DNA of 64,000 nucleotides, taken from Candidatus Moraniibacteriota bacterium (GTDB lineage Bacteria; Patescibacteriota; Minisyncoccia; Moranbacterales; UBA1568). The notes under the pieces are model-generated. The model was not told where the DNA came from. It searched no databases and saw only the letters and a program-made list of their open reading frames with translations. The translations under genes were made by a program, and so were the position numbers. Location of the stretch: positions 137,617 to 201,616 of the forward strand of contig JAQTRS010000002.1 in the NCBI GenBank assembly GCA_028711705.1, read 5' to 3'. Below are positions 8,274 through 17,885 of this stretch, piece by piece (positions within the stretch are counted from its first letter, which is position 1; each line of letters starts with the position of its first letter).

Positions 8274-10241
8274 ATGCAGAATATCAAAAAGCACGCAGGC
8301 CTCATCCTCTTCATCATCCTGGGCATCTCCTTCATACTGTCGGTCGGTGCCCTGAAGGATGATACAGCCACCTTCGATGAGCGGGGCCATATTCCCGCCG
8401 CCTATTTCTATGTCCGTTACGGGGATATGCGTCTCAATCCGGAACACCCACCCCTCCTCAAGGATCTGGCGGGACTGCCGCTATTATTCATACAGCCGAC
8501 TTTCCCGCTGACGAGCGAACTTTGGACCGATGGCATCACCAGGGAATGGCAATTCGGAACCGCCATGTGGTCAACCTGGCATATCGGCACCGAGTTCCTT
8601 TATAAAAGCGGTAATGATGCAGAGCTCCTGATTTTCCTCCTCCGCCTCCCCATGGTGCTCCTGAGTCTCCTCTTGGGTTTCTTTGTCTACCGATTCACCA
8701 AGGAAATTGCCGGAACGGTTGCCGGACTCTTTGCTGCGTTTCTCTTCGCTTTCGATCCCAATGTTTTGGCGCATAATCACTACGTCACCACGGACCTGGG
8801 TATCGCGGCATTCATTTTTATCGCGACCTACTATTTCGTTCACTTCCTCAAGCATCCTTCCCCGAAACACATCGCCCTTGCCGGAATCACGCTCGGCCTC
8901 GCCCAATTGGCCAAATTCTCCGCCATCCTCCTTATCCCGCTTTTCGGACTGCTCGTCATCATCGCCGGCCTCACCAGACAACCCTCATCGCGGATCACCT
9001 CATCGCTTGGCGCCTTCCGCCGAAAAACGCTCGGCTCTTTCGTATTCCACTACATAGGCATACTCTGCATCGCTTTCTTCGTCATCTGGATGGGCTACCT
9101 TGCCAATACCTGGAATATGCCCGCTCAAAAAACCGTATTGCATGCCAACCTCGTCTTTGCTGGCGGTGCCGCACCGAAAACATTCGCGCGCGACACCGTC
9201 GTCACCCTCGCCCAAACGAAAGGGCTCGAACCGATCGCGCACTATATGCTCGGCGTCTTCATGGTCTTCTCCCGTGTCACCGGCGGCAATTCATTCTATT
9301 TCCTCGGCGATATGCCGGACCATGCCTCCAAGGCATATTTCCCGACCATCTTCTTCCTCAAGGAAACCCTTCCGCTTGTCTTCCTCATCGTTGTCACGGC
9401 ACTTTATACCCTCTGGCGCATCATACGGATATCCTCATCCAAAAACATCTCCTTGATCCGCGGATTCTCGCAGTCTTTCCAGCGGCACATCCCGCAGTAC
9501 ACCATGCTGAGCTTCGTTATTTTCTATGCATATCTGAGCATCATGGGCAATCTCAATATCGGCTTCAGACACCTTTTCCCGATACTGCCATTCATATACG
9601 TCTTAGTCACCATCACGCTTTTCAATTTTATCAAAACCAGATCCGACGCTCCGGCGCATATCTATTGCCCGACCAAGCATATGTACCACATCCTCTTGGG
9701 AGTCTTCGCCTTTTGGATTGCCGCCATCCCAGTCATCGCCTATCCGAATTACCTCTCGTATTTCAACGAGATTGTCGGCGCAAAAAACGGCCACACCGTC
9801 GCCGTCGATTCCAATTATGACTGGGGACAGAACCTTAAACGATTGAAAATATGGATCGACACCTACAACCGATGCATCGCTCAAGAAGACGATTTCCTTG
9901 AGCGCTCCTGCGATTCGCTCACAGAGGACGGCTCCTTCCCGACACAGATGCCGATCACTGATCCTCATATCGACTACTACGGCGGCAGCGAGGTCAGCTA
10001 CTACTTCCCGGAAGGCACGTATACCGCATGGCATTCCGGCGATGCCCCGACATCGGGATGGTTCGCTCTCTCCGCCACCTTCTTCGAGGAAAACCTGCAC
10101 AAACCCCTCAAGCCCGGTGAGACCGACTACTCCTGGCTCCTAAGCTACCAGCCTATCGGACGGGCCGGCAATTCTATGTTCATCTTCTATGTCAGCCCCG
10201 AAAGCCTCAAGCCATCCGCTCCATCACAACATTCAAACTAA
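8274..10241 (+). CDS. GT-C family membrane glycosyltransferase (PMT_2/ArnT-like), paralog 2
   Basis: ORF track; TFDERGHIPAAYFYV DE motif; multiple TM helices; 14-nt gap after the previous GT-C gene. Confidence 0.65.
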   Translation: MQNIKKHAGLILFIILGISFILSVGALKDDTATFDERGHIPAAYFYVRYGDMRLNPEHPPLLKDLAGLPLLFIQPTFPLTSELWTDGITREWQFGTAMWSTWHIGTEFLYKSGNDAELLIFLLRLPMVLLSLLLGFFVYRFTKEIAGTVAGLFAAFLFAFDPNVLAHNHYVTTDLGIAAFIFIATYYFVHFLKHPSPKHIALAGITLGLAQLAKFSAILLIPLFGLLVIIAGLTRQPSSRITSSLGAFRRKTLGSFVFHYIGILCIAFFVIWMGYLANTWNMPAQKTVLHANLVFAGGAAPKTFARDTVVTLAQTKGLEPIAHYMLGVFMVFSRVTGGNSFYFLGDMPDHASKAYFPTIFFLKETLPLVFLIVVTALYTLWRIIRISSSKNISLIRGFSQSFQRHIPQYTMLSFVIFYAYLSIMGNLNIGFRHLFPILPFIYVLVTITLFNFIKTRSDAPAHIYCPTKHMYHILLGVFAFWIAAIPVIAYPNYLSYFNEIVGAKNGHTVAVDSNYDWGQNLKRLKIWIDTYNRCIAQEDDFLERSCDSLTEDGSFPTQMPITDPHIDYYGGSEVSYYFPEGTYTAWHSGDAPTSGWFALSATFFEENLHKPLKPGETDYSWLLSYQPIGRAGNSMFIFYVSPESLKPSAPSQHSN

Positions 10242-10261
10242 CGCACGCTCTTAATAGACAG

Positions 10262-10296
10262 CAAAAAAACCGTCATAGCCATGACGGTTTTTGTTT
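10262..10296. terminator. bidirectional rho-independent terminator between convergent genes
   Basis: aaaaaaACCGTCATagccATGACGGTttttgtttt: 8-bp perfect stem flanked by an A-run and a T-run. Confidence 0.55.
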
Positions 10297-10319
10297 TCAC
10301 CCCTTCACGCGGATAAAGA

Positions 10320-11324
10320 CTACTCATTTTTCTTCTTCTCTTTCTTAGGCAAGGCATCGGCGGCTTCGGCCTCTGGAGCTGGTTCCTCTTCCGGCGGCTT
10401 CGGTGCGGAAACAATCTCGCCCTCTACGGAATAATAGACCCTGTTTTCGGTACGCAGATCGATATACTTCAGGCGATGGCGCCGCTCTTCGGATATCTCT
10501 TTTTTGAAAAGCAGCCCGAGGGTCTGGAGCGATTTATCCATCGGCAATCGCACGTTGATCTGCATTGCCCAGCCTTCCTGCGTCTTGAGGGTCAATGTAT
10601 CCGAAAAGCGGGACGGCGTGGAGCATTCTGCATCCACAGCAATACCGAGTTTTTGCTGTAACCCGTCTTGGATTTGGGCGGCGAAGCGGACGAAATCCTG
10701 ATCGATGAGCGGCTCGTCCATATCGACAGATTGCCCGCTCGTATCGATAATCTTCAAAAAATGCCCCAGATTCTCACCCGATACCGACGTATCGACCTGG
10801 GAATACGCATACCCGTTTTCGTCCACATAAAAACACGTGTCCTGCACGCACCAGAGCACGAGCGTCTGCCGCTCCTTAACACGGGCTATGAGCGTATGCG
10901 GGAATACTCTCGTCAATTCCACCGAAGCGATCTTCTTAAAACGATCCCTGATGTCCGCTTCCATCTTTTCCCGTCGGAACGCGAGCAGATTGCCTTTCGA
11001 GACGCCTCCGGCATAGTTTCCGGATAGGCTCTCTTGTATCAGCTGCCGCACATTATGTTCGGAAATAGCAGATGCGCCCTCGACCTGCACCGTCTGCAGC
11101 TGCAGAAAGGAAGAGAAGAGCGCTACATACACCGTCACGCAGGCGAAAGCCGTCCATAAGAAAAAATAGACGAAATAAAAACCGTCCCGTGTTTTTTTGG
11201 CCTCAGCCTCCTGCGATGTCAGAGGGATTTCTCGGGAAATGACCGGCTTCTTCACGAAGCCTCCCCTCTTGCGCGCACAGCCAAGCGGCGGCAGCGCTTT
11301 TTGTTTTTTTCGAAAATGAAACAT
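10320..11324 (-). CDS. cell-division protein FtsQ/DivIB-like (TM + POTRA)
   Basis: ORF track; N-terminal TM (FYFVYFFLWTAFACVTVYVALF) followed by a POTRA-like LQTVQVEGASAISEHNVRQL; located downstream of holB. Confidence 0.5.
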   Translation of the reverse strand: MFHFRKKQKALPPLGCARKRGGFVKKPVISREIPLTSQEAEAKKTRDGFYFVYFFLWTAFACVTVYVALFSSFLQLQTVQVEGASAISEHNVRQLIQESLSGNYAGGVSKGNLLAFRREKMEADIRDRFKKIASVELTRVFPHTLIARVKERQTLVLWCVQDTCFYVDENGYAYSQVDTSVSGENLGHFLKIIDTSGQSVDMDEPLIDQDFVRFAAQIQDGLQQKLGIAVDAECSTPSRFSDTLTLKTQEGWAMQINVRLPMDKSLQTLGLLFKKEISEERRHRLKYIDLRTENRVYYSVEGEIVSAPKPPEEEPAPEAEAADALPKKEKKKNE

Positions 11325-11330
11325 GTCGTA

Positions 11331-12215
11331 TTACCAATGAAGAAAAAAGGTGTCCAATACCAATCGCGCGCTCGAAGGGAAACGCCTCAGATCGCCGCGC
11401 AGCTTTTCGATGGTCTCGATGCCTTGCATGCGAAGGGCGCTCTCTTGCGATACTTCCGCCATCGCCTCCGCATGAAGCCCTCCCACCCACCACATCAGAA
11501 GCTGCATCGTTTGCCAGACATTGGCCGCGCACGCCTCGGACAAAGCCAGGCGTTCGCGAAGCGGCACCTCCGACAGATGCATCAGTTTTTTCACAATCGC
11601 CAACCGCTCCGAAAATTCCGACTCCTCATGCAGGCTCTGCACCACAAGTCCGGGCCGGCCGAGCTCAAGCAGAAACCTCTGCTTCGACGGAAGCGAGGAA
11701 CCCATCGTATCTTCCAGCATCTCTGCCTTCGGAACCTAACAAAACGCGATCTGTTGGCAACGGGAAAGCGTCGTTGGCAGTATCCTCCCGAGCTCATGCG
11801 TTATCAGGATAATCACCGCATAGGCCGGTGGTTCCTCCAAAATCTTGAGCAAGGCATTTTGCGCCGCTTCGGTCAATCGATGCGCATCACGGATGATGAG
11901 CACCTTCTTTTCGGCGGCATAGGGGAAATTATTCAAAAAGTGTGCCGCCTCACGTGTCCTTTCCACCGAAATATCCCGCTCCTTTACGATGCCCTTCTCC
12001 ACCTCCTGTTCCGGCTCCAAAACGAACAGGTCGATTTCCTGATGATTTTGCGTCGCCATCGCATCATGGCTTTTGATCAGCTGCAATGCAAACTCCTTCG
12101 CCACCGCGAATTTCCCCACGCTCTCCGGACCGACAAAAAGATATGTCTGAACAGCGGACCCTTTTTTGGCCATCCGCGACAATCGCTCCCGTATTTTCTG
12201 ATGCCCGATAATCAT
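11331..12215 (-). CDS. holB: DNA polymerase III delta-prime subunit (HolB) interrupted by an in-frame TAG at 11736..11738
   Basis: N-terminal ORF 11739..12215 (stop codon 11736..11738) has the AAA+ clamp-loader motifs (LFVGPESVGKFAVAKEFA, SRC). ORF 11331..11720 continues in the same frame after 5 codons (VPKAE). Combined length of about 293 aa matches delta-prime. Confidence 0.6.
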
Positions 12216-12295
12216 ATATCAACTAACAGCCAACAATTAACGTTCAATGTGTCATCCCCGCGAAAGCGGGCATGATACACTATAAAAAGATCCCA

Positions 12296-13495
12296 CTACG
12301 ATAAAAATTTTAGAAAATCTTTCTCAAATTTTTCTCTTGAAAATCGCTCTGTGGTTTTTATAATCACATCGGCATCATATTGTGCCTTACTTTCCAAAAA
12401 CCTACGGACGCCATCCGCCATGATCTCCGGGGTCTGCGCGCGAAAAAATTCTCCCGTCACACCTTCCTGTACGATTTCCAGAGCGCCGCCATCCGCGTAA
12501 GCGATGACCGGCACACCATAGCGCATCGCTTCCACCATCACCATACCGAAATCATCCTCCGCCGGAAATACGAGCGCGCGGGCATGCTCATACAAGGTGG
12601 CCACAGCCGCATCATCCTGCCATCCGACAACCTTGATGTTGTGCTTGGCAATCCTTCCGAGGCGCTGTTTCTGCTTCCCATCGCCCACCACGATAAGCGG
12701 GAGGCCGAGTTTATTGAACGCTTCCACCGCCAATTCGACTTTCTTATTGGGCGTCAACCGCGATACAATCAGAAAATATTCTTTCGATCCGAACCCGAAA
12801 AAATCTCCTTTCGCATCATCAGTTATCATATTGTGGTCATTGGTGATCGCGAATTGCTCCTCGCCGATCACTGACTGCTGACCGCTTCCCGTTACCGGCG
12901 GATACACTACCGTGCTTTCTCGACGATAGTACTTGGCGATTCGCGACTGCGTATACGAAGAGTTGGCGATCAATACATCAGGCCTATCCGCCGCCTCGCG
13001 ATCCCATACCCGCAGATAGCTCAGCATCATCCGTTTGAAAAGACCGAGCCGCCCGCCGCCGATCTCCTTCAGGTAATGTTCATTATAATCCCACACATAA
13101 CGCATCGGTGAATGGATATAGGCGATGTGCCGGGTATTGAGCCGCGTCACGATGCCCTTGCTCCAGGCGCCCGACGACGAGATCACGATATCAAAATCCC
13201 GCAGATCGAAGGCCTCGATCGCCACTGGAAAAAACGGCAATAAGAACCGGTATCTTTTCCTCAGGAACCTGGGGAAATTCTGCAAAAAAGACGTCCTGAT
13301 ATCCTTATCGGAAAACATACCCCGCATCGCCTCCTTGTCATAGAGCAGGGTATAGATCGGCGCCTGAGGAAACATTTCGGACAATTCCGCGAGCACCTTT
13401 TCCGCCCCGCCCTGACATACCAAAAAATCGTGCACCAAGGCCACTTTCTTATCCTTCAGATACTCGCTCTCCAGATTGGGTTGACTTTCATTCAT
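12296..13495 (-). CDS. glycosyltransferase family 4 (GT-B, RfaG-like)
   Basis: ORF track; C-terminal EDFGMVMVEAMRYGVPVIAYADGGALEIV (E-x7-E GT4 motif); start trimmed to MNESQ at 13495 on the basis of a conserved leader shared with the second GT4. Confidence 0.8.
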   Translation of the reverse strand: MNESQPNLESEYLKDKKVALVHDFLVCQGGAEKVLAELSEMFPQAPIYTLLYDKEAMRGMFSDKDIRTSFLQNFPRFLRKRYRFLLPFFPVAIEAFDLRDFDIVISSSGAWSKGIVTRLNTRHIAYIHSPMRYVWDYNEHYLKEIGGGRLGLFKRMMLSYLRVWDREAADRPDVLIANSSYTQSRIAKYYRRESTVVYPPVTGSGQQSVIGEEQFAITNDHNMITDDAKGDFFGFGSKEYFLIVSRLTPNKKVELAVEAFNKLGLPLIVVGDGKQKQRLGRIAKHNIKVVGWQDDAAVATLYEHARALVFPAEDDFGMVMVEAMRYGVPVIAYADGGALEIVQEGVTGEFFRAQTPEIMADGVRRFLESKAQYDADVIIKTTERFSREKFEKDFLKFLS

Positions 13496-13514
13496 ATATA
13501 TGCTATAGTTAGGC

Positions 13515-13541
13515 GTCTGAACATTCATTCCGGATTCGGAC
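13515..13541. promoter_or_regulatory. inverted repeat GTCTGAA-N13-TTCGGAC in the divergent GT4 / small-ORF promoter region
   Basis: Seen in sequence; a related palindrome sits at 15002..15018 in the analogous position of the second GT4 module. Confidence 0.3.
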
Positions 13542-13563
13542 TCACACCACAAGAGGTAGAAAC

Positions 13564-13782
13564 ATGCGGCACAAAAAAATTAAGACAATCAAAATCTGGG
13601 TAAAACTCACCTGGCCGGAAATTTTTGCAATACTTGCCCTGGTAAGCATCCTGGGCGCATTCTCCAGCGACAGCCTCCTGGGCGTCCTCGCTATGGATGT
13701 TCTGCTCTTCTTAGGATTGAGCATCCTGGCCATATTAGCTAAAATAGTCTCGAAATACTCGAGATACTATGGCAAACAGTAG
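13564..13782 (+). CDS. small membrane protein (72 aa), divergent from GT4
   Basis: ORF track; RBS AAGAGGT 6 nt upstream; two hydrophobic helices. Confidence 0.4.
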   Translation: MRHKKIKTIKIWVKLTWPEIFAILALVSILGAFSSDSLLGVLAMDVLLFLGLSILAILAKIVSKYSRYYGKQ

Positions 13783-13836
13783 CCAAAGAACCATCGAATA
13801 GAAACCGTCGGACTCTCAAGGAAGAGATCGGCGGTT

Positions 13837-14982
13837 TTAATTTCCCCCCTCCTTCAAAAGAACCCCGATCTCCTTCGCGCATTTCTCCCAACTGAAGCGT
13901 TTCACATTCTCCAGTCCTTTCTGCATTATATCACTTTTCAATTCATTGTCCGAAACGAGCCATCCCATCGCCTCCGCTATTTCCTGGGCACTTTCCGGAT
14001 CCACTAAGAGCGCACCCTCTCCCGCCACCTCCGGCAAAGACGATGTTTTGGAGGTGATGACCGGCGCACCCATATACTGCGCTTCCAGCACGGGGATACC
14101 GAATCCCTCATAAAGGGTCGCGAAAAGAAAACCGTCCGTATTTTTCAGAAGATCCCATTTTTCCACATCAGTCACGTATCCGAGCTCGACGATATCGTTT
14201 CGTATCGGCTGCTTTTCGGCATCATCCGGCTGCATGACATTCAAAGCGAGCCTACGGTCCACGATAGCCTCCTTGATCCGCTCATACCCATACCCCGGCT
14301 TCCCTACTAAGATGAGCCGATGCGAAAACCCGTACGTTTCTTTCGCGAGCGCGAAGGCTTCGATGAGGCGCACGATATTCTTGCGCTCTTCGAGGCGACC
14401 GATAAACAGGAAGTATGGGTGCTGATTCTGTTTTGTCGAACGCCGATTGCCGACCGTATTCTCGTATCCTTCATGCACCACCGTTATCCTCTCTTTTGGC
14501 GTACCGTACACTCGCATCACATCGCGCTTGGTATTCTCCGAAACGCAGATAACCGTCTTGGCGACACGACATGAGAAGCGTATCGCTGCGCGCATGCACA
14601 CTCGGCTCCACATCGAATAGGCCTCGCGGCAGAATTCGTATTCCAAACCATGTATGACCACCGCGGTATGTTTCGGATGAATCAACGGTACGGTATGCGC
14701 CGGTACGAACAAAACATCCGGCGTATGCAGCAGCATTTCCAAAGACAATCTTACCTGCGTCCACAAGCGCGGCGCCCACAGTTTTTTGACCCGCCAGTTG
14801 GACGGCACATCGAAATCCACCGCCTGATCCGACCGGATATACAGAACCACCGAGGCTTCCGAAAGCTCGTTTCGCAGGTGCTTGATGACCTGATAGGAGT
14901 ATTCCTCTATCCCCGTCCGGCGCTTCAGGAAAGCTCGTGACCCATCGATAGCGATGAGCGGAAGTGCTTGACGTTTATTCAT
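13837..14982 (-). CDS. glycosyltransferase family 4 (GT-B)
   Basis: ORF track; EGFGIPVLEAQYMGAPVITSKTSSLPEV GT4 signature. Confidence 0.8.
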   Translation of the reverse strand: MNKRQALPLIAIDGSRAFLKRRTGIEEYSYQVIKHLRNELSEASVVLYIRSDQAVDFDVPSNWRVKKLWAPRLWTQVRLSLEMLLHTPDVLFVPAHTVPLIHPKHTAVVIHGLEYEFCREAYSMWSRVCMRAAIRFSCRVAKTVICVSENTKRDVMRVYGTPKERITVVHEGYENTVGNRRSTKQNQHPYFLFIGRLEERKNIVRLIEAFALAKETYGFSHRLILVGKPGYGYERIKEAIVDRRLALNVMQPDDAEKQPIRNDIVELGYVTDVEKWDLLKNTDGFLFATLYEGFGIPVLEAQYMGAPVITSKTSSLPEVAGEGALLVDPESAQEIAEAMGWLVSDNELKSDIMQKGLENVKRFSWEKCAKEIGVLLKEGGN

Positions 14983-15001
14983 ACATATACTATATTTAAC
15001 T

Positions 15002-15018
15002 GTCTGAATAATTCAGAC
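15002..15018. promoter_or_regulatory. palindrome GTCTGAAtaaTTCAGAC in the divergent promoter region of the GT4 / small-ORF module
   Basis: 7-bp arms with a 3-nt spacer. The 30 nt preceding the GT4 ATG are conserved with those of the other GT4 (cagacNNNtaaNtatagYatatRtATGAAT). Confidence 0.35.
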
Positions 15019-15038
15019 TGAAATCAACTGGAGGGTTT

Positions 15039-15227
15039 ATGCAAGACAGAAAAGATGCAATCATAAGAGAAATTAATCGAAAAGATGCAAAAAATATCGC
15101 GAGTATCGTGGCATTGTGCACATTGATTATCAGTTTTTTTCTAACAAATGTAATAATAGCACTCGTTATTTCAGCCGTAGCTTTTTGGCTTACAAAGAAA
15201 CTGTACGCGCTAAAATACCGTGGATAA
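15039..15227 (+). CDS. small membrane protein (62 aa), divergent from GT4
   Basis: ORF track; GGAGG RBS 6 nt upstream; one or two TM helices; C-terminal basic/aromatic tail similar to the 13564 ORF. Confidence 0.45.
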   Translation: MQDRKDAIIREINRKDAKNIASIVALCTLIISFFLTNVIIALVISAVAFWLTKKLYALKYRG

Positions 15228-15244
15228 AAAACGCAATCTATTTC

Positions 15245-15288
15245 AAAAAACCTATCGATTCTTCAAAGAAGAGTTTGGTAGGTTTTTT
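15245..15288. terminator. bidirectional terminator hairpin between convergent small ORF and mreB
   Basis: AAAAAACCTA-N24-TAGGTTTTTT, 10-bp stem with an inner TTCTTCaaaGAAGA hairpin. Confidence 0.45.
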
Positions 15289-16294
15289 ATTTGCCCAGCA
15301 TCATCGAGCGCTTATACACATCCAGATGATCAAGCACGATGCCCGTCCCTTTGACCACGCACAAGGCTGGCTCATCCGCCAGATAGCAGGGCACATTGAT
15401 GGTCTTGGCGATCAATTGATCCAAGTGCTTGAGTTGCGATGTCCCCCCGGAGAGCACCATCCCCTTGTCCATGACATCCGCGGCCAGTTCCGGCGGCGTT
15501 TCCTGCAGGACCTGCTTGATGACATTGATGATCTCGCGCAATTCATCTTGGATCGCTTCGGTGATTTCATTGGAAGACAATGTGACGGTCTTGGGGAGCC
15601 CGCCCATCAGATCGCGCCCGCGCACGTCCATATATTCTTCCTTGACCTGCGCGATAGCCGAACCGATCTTTATCTTGACCTCTTCCGCCGTCCGTTCCCC
15701 GATCGCCAGGCTGTACTTGCGCTTGATATAATCAGAAATGGCCTGGTCGATACGATTGCCCCCGACGCGCGCGCTGTGCGCCGCCACGATGCCGCCCAAG
15801 GAGATGATCGCGATTTCCGACGTGCCGCCCCCGATATTTATGATCATATTCCCCTGCGCCGTGTGAATCGGGATACCCGCCCCGATCGCCGCCAAGATGG
15901 GTTCTTTGACCACATAGGCCACGCGGGCGCCGGCCTTCATCGCCGCATCCACCACCGCGCGACGCTCGGTCGAGGTGATGCCAGCCGGCACCGACAGCAC
16001 CACCTCGGGACGGAAAAATCGCACGCGCCCGGAAACCTTGCCGATAAAGTAACGCAGCATCGCCTCGGTCACCCGGTAATCCGCGATCGCCCCATCGCGA
16101 AGCGGCTGACTGGCCACGATCGAATCCGGGGTGCGCCCGAGCATCTCCTTGGCTTCATTGCCAACCGCCAACACCTTATTCTCATACAGCGAAACAGCCA
16201 CCACCGATGGCTCATTGATCACAACACCCTTCCCCGGCACAAAGACGAGGGTATTCGCGGTTCCAAGATCGATACCGATTTTTCGTAAAAACAT
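15287..16294 (-). CDS. mreB: rod-shape-determining protein MreB
   Basis: ORF track; actin-fold motifs IGIDLGTANTLV, LSGGTSQL; 335 aa. Confidence 0.95.
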   Translation of the reverse strand: MFLRKIGIDLGTANTLVFVPGKGVVINEPSVVAVSLYENKVLAVGNEAKEMLGRTPDSIVASQPLRDGAIADYRVTEAMLRYFIGKVSGRVRFFRPEVVLSVPAGITSTERRAVVDAAMKAGARVAYVVKEPILAAIGAGIPIHTAQGNMIINIGGGTSEIAIISLGGIVAAHSARVGGNRIDQAISDYIKRKYSLAIGERTAEEVKIKIGSAIAQVKEEYMDVRGRDLMGGLPKTVTLSSNEITEAIQDELREIINVIKQVLQETPPELAADVMDKGMVLSGGTSQLKHLDQLIAKTINVPCYLADEPALCVVKGTGIVLDHLDVYKRSMMLGK

Positions 16295-16352
16295 AGGTGG
16301 GATTCGAGAATGATGAGGTTTTGTGATTTTTAAAAAACAAGACTCGCCGACC

Positions 16353-16415
16353 TTCTGTGCTACCTAAAAATATCCCTCACTCAACACAATCAATGGATAT
16401 TTTTAGAGCACAGAA
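16353..16415. promoter_or_regulatory. long imperfect palindrome between murA stop and mreB start
   Basis: TTCTGTGCT..AAAAATATCC-N19-GGATATTTTT..AGCACAGAA (9 + 10 bp arms). Confidence 0.3.
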
Positions 16416-16480
16416 AGCCGTCTCAAACAGGTTGTTTTTTAAAAATTGCGAAACCTCATCCTCTCGGTTCAGATTAGAGG

Positions 16481-17749
16481 CTACTCTGATATCTCTTTGC
16501 GGACGATCTGCGCGCCGATCCGCTGCAGACGCTCTTCGATTTTTTCATAGCCGCGATCGACCTGCTCGATCTCCTCGATGATGGTCGTGCCGGAAGCCGC
16601 CAGGGCCGCAATAATCAACGAGGCTCCTGCGCGCAAATCATAGCTGCGAATCATCGTTCCTTTGAGTTTCCCGGTACCGTGAATCAGTGCCTGATGCGGA
16701 TTGAGCGCCGTGGAACGCACATTCATCTTCTCCAATCCCATCAAATAATTGAAGCGTCCCTCGAACATATGGTCATGGATCAAGGTGTCGCCCTCGGCCA
16801 CCGCCGCCAAAACGCCGAACAGGGATTGGGTATCGGTTGGGATGCCCGGATAGAGTTCGACTTTGACCTTGCCCGGCGACACTATCCGCTCCGGAGGAAG
16901 CACCTGGATAAAGCCGTCGCCGAACACGAAGTCTGCGCCGAACTCGCGCAATTTTTCAAGCACGAGATCGAGATGCTCCGGCCGCGCATTCCTCACCTTC
17001 AACGGGCTTTTGGTTGCCATACCCAATATCAAGAAGGTGGCCGCTTCGATCGGATCGGGAATAATCTCATGCTCGGCCCCGCTCAGGTGTGCATTGCCTT
17101 CTATTTCAAGCGTATGCGTTCCCAATCCGGAAATCTTTGCGCCCATGGATTGTAAAAGCACCCCCAAATCCTCCACATGCGGCTCGGCCGCCGCGATCTT
17201 GATAATCGATTTCCCTGGCAAGCTCGCTGCGAGCATCATCGCATTTTCGGTAGCCGTCACAGAAAACTCGCGCAGGACGATTTCCGCGCCATGCTTCTTA
17301 CTGGCATCCACTTCATAGACGCTGTCATTTTTTTCTATTGTTACACCAAGCTTGCTCAGCGCATCCATATGCGCATCTACCGGGCGCGCCCCGATCACGC
17401 AGCCGCCTGGGTGATATAATCGGAACTTTTCAAAACGAGCGCTCAACGCACCAAGCAGCAAAATCGACATACGGATTTTTTTCACCAAAGCGAAGTCTAT
17501 TTTTTCCGGATCGATGGCCTTATTGGTGATTTTTACCTTGCGCTCCTGTAGCCATTCTACCTCCGAACCCATGCTTTTGAGGATGTCGAGCAACCGGAAA
17601 ATATCCTCGATCAGTGGCACATTCGACAAAACACACGGCTCTGTCGTGAGCAGTGTGGCGGGGATGAGGGCAGCGGCGGCATTTTTCGAACCGCGCACTT
17701 CGATCTCCCCAGAAAGCGTATTTTCTCCCTGTATTTCAAATACTTGCAT
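16481..17749 (-). CDS. murA: UDP-N-acetylglucosamine 1-carboxyvinyltransferase MurA
   Basis: ORF track; 422 aa; conserved GSKNAA, active-site Cys region (GGCVIGARPVD). Confidence 0.95.
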   Translation of the reverse strand: MQVFEIQGENTLSGEIEVRGSKNAAAALIPATLLTTEPCVLSNVPLIEDIFRLLDILKSMGSEVEWLQERKVKITNKAIDPEKIDFALVKKIRMSILLLGALSARFEKFRLYHPGGCVIGARPVDAHMDALSKLGVTIEKNDSVYEVDASKKHGAEIVLREFSVTATENAMMLAASLPGKSIIKIAAAEPHVEDLGVLLQSMGAKISGLGTHTLEIEGNAHLSGAEHEIIPDPIEAATFLILGMATKSPLKVRNARPEHLDLVLEKLREFGADFVFGDGFIQVLPPERIVSPGKVKVELYPGIPTDTQSLFGVLAAVAEGDTLIHDHMFEGRFNYLMGLEKMNVRSTALNPHQALIHGTGKLKGTMIRSYDLRAGASLIIAALAASGTTIIEEIEQVDRGYEKIEERLQRIGAQIVRKEISE

Positions 17750-17885
17750 ATGGGTACAGTATACCCTACACAGCTGTTTTTTTCAAGTAAAAAAGCGCCT
17801 CCTCTATGGTTACATAGATTCAGCGCTTTTGTTGTGAGAAGTTTTTTAGAGGACCTCTCTTAACTCTTGTTAATTTAATAAAGAA

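Noticed and set aside
11721-11735. Treating the holB halves as two separate normal genes
   Set aside because: The same reading frame continues, and only 5 codons separate the TAG from the next ATG. An interrupted single gene is the more parsimonious reading. It is retained as a finding rather than annotated as two genes.
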